In this document: positions 59,830 to 64,000 of the stretch, one piece after another
How the letters are laid out: each line of letters begins with the position of its first letter
Position numbering within the stretch: the stretch's first letter is position 1
Assembly (NCBI GenBank): GCA_029858305.1
Contig: JAOUFI010000005.1
Coordinates: 1 to 64,000, forward strand
From: Candidatus Thorarchaeota archaeon
GTDB lineage: Archaea; Asgardarchaeota; Thorarchaeia; Thorarchaeales; Thorarchaeaceae
DNA length: 64,000 bases
Direction: 5' to 3'
Notes under the pieces: generated by a model
Database searches by the model: none
The model's input: the letters and a program-made list of their open reading frames with translations, nothing else
Told to the model about the DNA's origin: nothing
Made by a program: the position numbers and the translations under genes

Positions 59830-60321
59830 ATGTCTGATATACCTGCTGAAGAAATTCGTATCGTTGAATTCACCGAAGAAGACGCAGAAGAGATCTCAGA
59901 GTTGCTTCGTCAGGTTTGGCCTCTTGCAACTGATTATCCTGAGCATTGGAGAAAGAAACGCATGTACACTCCTGAGCAGATTATACAGGACATGAGATCT
60001 GGTTATCATTACTTTGGGAGTCGATTGCAGGGAAAAATTGTGGGATTGTACAAGGCTATTATTACTGAAAAGGGACTCTATGGCGAACATCAAACTGTGC
60101 GTCCTGAATGTAGAAGTTCGGGCTTGGCATCTGCGATGTATATCCAATTTGCTGAGTATGGCAGAGAGCACAAGTGCACACGAAACTACTGCAATGTACT
60201 TGTTGGTCAAGAGATTGGGGAGCGGCTAATGAAAAAATTTGGATTTACTGCATGGGGAGATCCATATGAACAAGCTGAAGGGATGTTGGTACAAATGTAT
60301 GAACGTTCGCTGATAGATTGA
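59830..60321 (+). CDS. GNAT family acetyltransferase
   Basis: VRPECRSSGLA acetyl-CoA motif, KKFGF. Confidence 0.75.
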   Translation: MSDIPAEEIRIVEFTEEDAEEISELLRQVWPLATDYPEHWRKKRMYTPEQIIQDMRSGYHYFGSRLQGKIVGLYKAIITEKGLYGEHQTVRPECRSSGLASAMYIQFAEYGREHKCTRNYCNVLVGQEIGERLMKKFGFTAWGDPYEQAEGMLVQMYERSLID

Positions 60322-60394
60322 ATTTTGCGATTCCGAAAGACCTTTAGACTCCTCATTAAGTCCACTCGTCGCTCAATCAACATGAGGTGTCATT

Positions 60395-62062
60395 ATGGAA
60401 GTTTTCCCAATTCTCGTTGATGGCGAAGAAGTTGACACTGGAAAGTACAGCATCTTTCCTGATATGGAGAAGGTGACTCAAGATCCAGGCCTTGCTATAG
60501 CACTTCAGATGCAGAGTGCATCCTCATTCTCGCGTTTTGTTTTTTCAAAGATACCAAGCATGATACCAACAAGCACTCCAGAGTTGAGATTTCTGAGAGA
60601 ATACCGAAAATATCATGGAGTGCCAAAGTACTCGAAGGATGAACTTGATGAAGTTGCATTTGCGAAAGTTTCTATCGCGCGCGAAGAAGACATTGAACGA
60701 GCTATAAGCGCAGGCACTAGAGACCACCAGAAATTGTTCAACCCATTCAAGATAAAGGACATGGGTGCAACCTTGGATGAACGAGCAGATGCAACATATG
60801 AAGCTGGTTTGGCACTGAAGAAAAGCTGGGAGGCTGTTCGGGACATCTCAATCAAAGAAGGAGTTCCACTTGGAACATTGAAGTGGACTTGGGAACTCTT
60901 CGAACCTTCTGCATACCGAAAGTCTGTTGATGAATGGGGACATCTACTTGATGTAATTGAGGATCCTGGTCTTGACGGGGGCAAGAATTATCGATTTAGA
61001 GAGCCTTTTGGAATTTCTTGCCTGTTTACACCCTACAATTCTCCAATTGCTTTGGGAATTCTATCTATTACATCATCGATTTTAGCTGGAAATTCGACCA
61101 TACTAAAACCTCCAAATAAAGTACCCTTGAGTACTATCCTTTTGGGCCGCATATATCTGAAAACGTTTCTTGAACGAGGATTGCCAACATCTATACTGCA
61201 ACTACTAACAGGAGCTGGAACGCACATGATGAAGCGTTTCATGGCTGATTCACGTGTTGGAGCTATTGTTTGGTATGGCGATAGTGATACTGGAATTAAC
61301 CTGTGGTCCGAAGCAGTTTCCAAAAGAATCCAGATGGCTCCTGAATTAGCAGGCAGTGATGCCTGTCTTGTTTGGGGGAGTGATGTTGATTTAGAAAGAG
61401 CAGCAGATATCATTGTTAGAGGTCGATACCTAGGTAGTGGTCAAGCTTGCATGGCAGTGAAGCGGTTACTCGTTGCAGAATCCCTTCATGACGAATTGGT
61501 TCGATTGATTGTTGAGGAATCTGAAAAACTCAAAGTTGGTCTACCCTCAAATCCAAATGTAACCCTTCCCCCACTCGGTTTCAATTCGCTCTACCTTCTT
61601 ATCGATCAAATTGAAGAAGCTCGAGCAAAAGGTGCGAAGATTGAAACTGGCGGATATCGGGTTAATTACCTTGATGAACCTGATCCTGTCGGGATCTTCT
61701 ACAAACCCACTGTCTTGACAAACATAAAATTGGATATGCGACTTATGCAAGAAGAAGTGTTTGCACCAGCATTGCCTGTATATCCTGTCAAAAGTATTGA
61801 CCAAGCTTTAGAGATTGCCAACAGTTCGCGGTACGGTCTCAGATCTTCAGTGATTACTGATGACATTAAGATACGTCAAAAATGGATTAAGGAAATTCAA
61901 TCTGCTGGAGTAGGCATGGGTGATGATCATGTATATTTTGATCCTTACATGCCACATCTGGGGGGATACAAGGATTCTGGAATTATTGGTGGAAAATACT
62001 TTACAGAAATGCTTACTCGAATGAAGTATGTTCATGCTGGACCTGGCTCAGACTTCTTATAA
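60395..62062 (+). CDS. Aldehyde dehydrogenase (divergent, N-terminal insertion)
   Basis: PYNSP, GN..ILKP, ELAGSD, GQAC, EEVFAP, AN.SRYGL, GGYKDSG. Confidence 0.88.
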   Translation: MEVFPILVDGEEVDTGKYSIFPDMEKVTQDPGLAIALQMQSASSFSRFVFSKIPSMIPTSTPELRFLREYRKYHGVPKYSKDELDEVAFAKVSIAREEDIERAISAGTRDHQKLFNPFKIKDMGATLDERADATYEAGLALKKSWEAVRDISIKEGVPLGTLKWTWELFEPSAYRKSVDEWGHLLDVIEDPGLDGGKNYRFREPFGISCLFTPYNSPIALGILSITSSILAGNSTILKPPNKVPLSTILLGRIYLKTFLERGLPTSILQLLTGAGTHMMKRFMADSRVGAIVWYGDSDTGINLWSEAVSKRIQMAPELAGSDACLVWGSDVDLERAADIIVRGRYLGSGQACMAVKRLLVAESLHDELVRLIVEESEKLKVGLPSNPNVTLPPLGFNSLYLLIDQIEEARAKGAKIETGGYRVNYLDEPDPVGIFYKPTVLTNIKLDMRLMQEEVFAPALPVYPVKSIDQALEIANSSRYGLRSSVITDDIKIRQKWIKEIQSAGVGMGDDHVYFDPYMPHLGGYKDSGIIGGKYFTEMLTRMKYVHAGPGSDFL

Positions 62063-62117
62063 CATGTATAACACCAATAAGAAGATTGAACAGCAATGGG
62101 TTTCTCAAAAGCATGGA

Positions 62118-63431
62118 ATGAATCGAAGTATATCAGCTATAGATGATGCCGTTAATGCGCTCATTCAATTTGAAAAATCTACTACATCAATGAAGACACT
62201 ACTAAGAGAATTACAGGCAACTTCCGTTGATACTTTCGTTTCTAAGATTCCCGCGCAATCTCTATCGCTAGGAGTCATTAGATTCAGGAATACAATCGAT
62301 TATCTCCTCCAAAAGTCACTTGGAAAAAAGAAACTAATGGATTTGAATGTACGTGATAGAAACATCCTCCGTCTCATCCTATACGAAGCAAAATGGCTTG
62401 ACGCAGGTATCGATGAAATTCTTTCTCGCCTTCCCGAAATCGAAGAAACATATGGCAATATAATAATGAGAGCTGTTGAAACAGATTTAGACGCAATTGT
62501 GAAAAAGCTAGCCACTGCCAATAGATTGAGCTTAAGATACTCTCATCCTACATTTCTGGTAAGAACTCTGTTAGATAATCTTTCATTCGAAGAAACAATT
62601 AAGCTATTGAACGCAAATAACAAGAAACGAACATATTACCTCCGACTTAACAGACTTCTCGGAGGTGACGATTCAATCCTCAACTCTCTTGCCGGAGTAA
62701 AATTGGTTATAGATCCTGATATTCCTGGACTCTATAGAGTTTTAGATGGTATTGAAAGAGTTATCGCATCTCCATTTTTCCAAGATGGCTACATTCTAAT
62801 TCAGGATAAAGCTAGTGTTTTATCAGTCGAGGCTTTGGATACACATCCTGGTCAAACTGTATGGGATTCTTGTGCTGCTCCAGGTATGAAGACGCAATTG
62901 ATTGCTGAGAAGCTTATGGGCAAAGGAAAGCTGATTGCGAGTGATGTGTATAAAGAGCGAGTAAAGGGAGCGCACAACCGATCTGCATATCTAAATGCAC
63001 ATCACATTGAATGGTTGCATGCCGATTCCACAAGCCCTGTTGTCACTTCCGCGGACAAAATCCTAATCGATGCTCCATGCACCTCTACAGGAATCCTTCA
63101 AGCTTATCCATCATTCAAGTGGCGTCTAAATAAGCAAGTCCTATTTTCATTAATGACGATTCAGAATAAACTTCTAGACGGAATTTTATCCTTATATCAA
63201 AATAAACCTGGGACTGAAATTGTCTTCTCCACCTGCTCAATTCTCCCACATGAGGGCGAATCACAGATTGATTCAGCGCTCTCTCGGCATAACATCGAAC
63301 TTCTCGAACCAATGAATATAGGCGCACGTGGTTATCCTGGTTTCAACTGCTCCCAAAAGGTAACCAGAATGTTCCCACATATACATAATACAAGTGGTTT
63401 CTTCATTGCTAGGATGCGAATTAAGTCATGA
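62118..63431 (+). CDS. RsmB/NOP2 (NSUN) m5C RNA methyltransferase
   Basis: IQDKAS, DSCAAPGMKT, IDAPCTSTG, FSTCS, PH...GFFIA; start uncertain (62061-62118). Confidence 0.88.
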   Translation: MNRSISAIDDAVNALIQFEKSTTSMKTLLRELQATSVDTFVSKIPAQSLSLGVIRFRNTIDYLLQKSLGKKKLMDLNVRDRNILRLILYEAKWLDAGIDEILSRLPEIEETYGNIIMRAVETDLDAIVKKLATANRLSLRYSHPTFLVRTLLDNLSFEETIKLLNANNKKRTYYLRLNRLLGGDDSILNSLAGVKLVIDPDIPGLYRVLDGIERVIASPFFQDGYILIQDKASVLSVEALDTHPGQTVWDSCAAPGMKTQLIAEKLMGKGKLIASDVYKERVKGAHNRSAYLNAHHIEWLHADSTSPVVTSADKILIDAPCTSTGILQAYPSFKWRLNKQVLFSLMTIQNKLLDGILSLYQNKPGTEIVFSTCSILPHEGESQIDSALSRHNIELLEPMNIGARGYPGFNCSQKVTRMFPHIHNTSGFFIARMRIKS

Positions 63432-63999
63432 TTCGCCTCTCAATAGATTCCATGACTCTTCTGGCGAACTCTCTATCATCTTTGAATGACCATGGAATCT
63501 CGAGGAACATTTTGTTAGCACTAATCATGAGATTCTCATCACGGCTGACAAGGATCCTGAAGAGCATCTTTGTCCATATGAAACATGGATGTTCATTGAA
63601 AACTTGACTTTTCTTTGACGTGGCTGCGATTTCAGTGAGGTACGCTATTCCCTCTTTTGGTTTTCCCAACATCAAATCTGCAAGAGCTCCCATACAGGCT
63701 AAGATTACAGCATTCTTAACCATGCCTGATTCGATGTATGATTTTGCTCCTGTCTTGTATTCCTCAGCTTTCTTTTCATATAGTGCCCGTCCATGACTAA
63801 TGATGAGGTCTCTGGTTTCATCTTTATCCGCTTTCTTGAGTGAAACCCCTCCAAGAACCGCGGCTTTAAGCTCGACCTGCACATCTGTCATTGGAGCAGA
63901 GTTGTTTAATTTTCGCATCTTCTCAACAATGTCGTTGCCAGCTACTACTAATGCTTGTTTAATGACTGGATTATTTAATGAGATGTCTTTCTTCAATAT
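63421..63999 (-). CDS. Helical hypothetical protein, probably 5'-truncated by window edge
   Basis: Frame open to the window end; no motif recognised. Confidence 0.6.
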   Translation of the reverse strand: MLKKDISLNNPVIKQALVVAGNDIVEKMRKLNNSAPMTDVQVELKAAVLGGVSLKKADKDETRDLIISHGRALYEKKAEEYKTGAKSYIESGMVKNAVILACMGALADLMLGKPKEGIAYLTEIAATSKKSQVFNEHPCFIWTKMLFRILVSRDENLMISANKMFLEIPWSFKDDREFARRVMESIERRIMT

Positions 64000-64000
64000 A

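Noticed and set aside
1-64000. CRISPR arrays, rRNA, tRNA (including tRNA-Sec), transposases, prophage
   Set aside because: No periodic repeats, cloverleafs or transposase/integrase motifs seen by eye; intergenic gaps are short

Overview
Gene-dense archaeal chromosome segment (proteasome alpha subunit, archaeal DTD2, thiolase/DUF35, ADP-forming acetyl-CoA synthetase, CdrS-like RHH). It is most likely an Asgard archaeon, possibly Thorarchaeota; this is inferred from a eukaryote-type SECIS, a CIA2-like protein, a degenerate small GTPase, a reductive dehalogenase and a giant coiled-coil TrmB. No rRNA, tRNA, CRISPR or transposase was seen. The main finding is a candidate selenoprotein missed by the ORF track: on the minus strand, 20510->19707 reads through a single in-frame TGA in a C-S-S-U (CxxU) motif. 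A eukaryote-like SECIS hairpin (AUGA-N11-AAA...UGAG) begins at the gene's own stop codon, and I do not recognise the protein as any known selenoprotein family. Other notable loci: (1) a propeller/Zn-ribbon/winged-helix gene, a dCache-HAMP-TPR-vWA receptor, a tailless dCache-HAMP receptor and a bacterial-type arginine decarboxylase in one co-directional cluster; (2) an RLI-like Fe-S-fused reductive dehalogenase; (3) a CdrS-like gene followed by two unknown Cys-rich paralogues rather than ftsZ; (4) a beta-oxidation cluster next to FGGY kinase-glpABC-alkyl-DHAP-synthase-like genes, suggesting lipid catabolism. All family calls are from motif recognition by eye; no searches were run.
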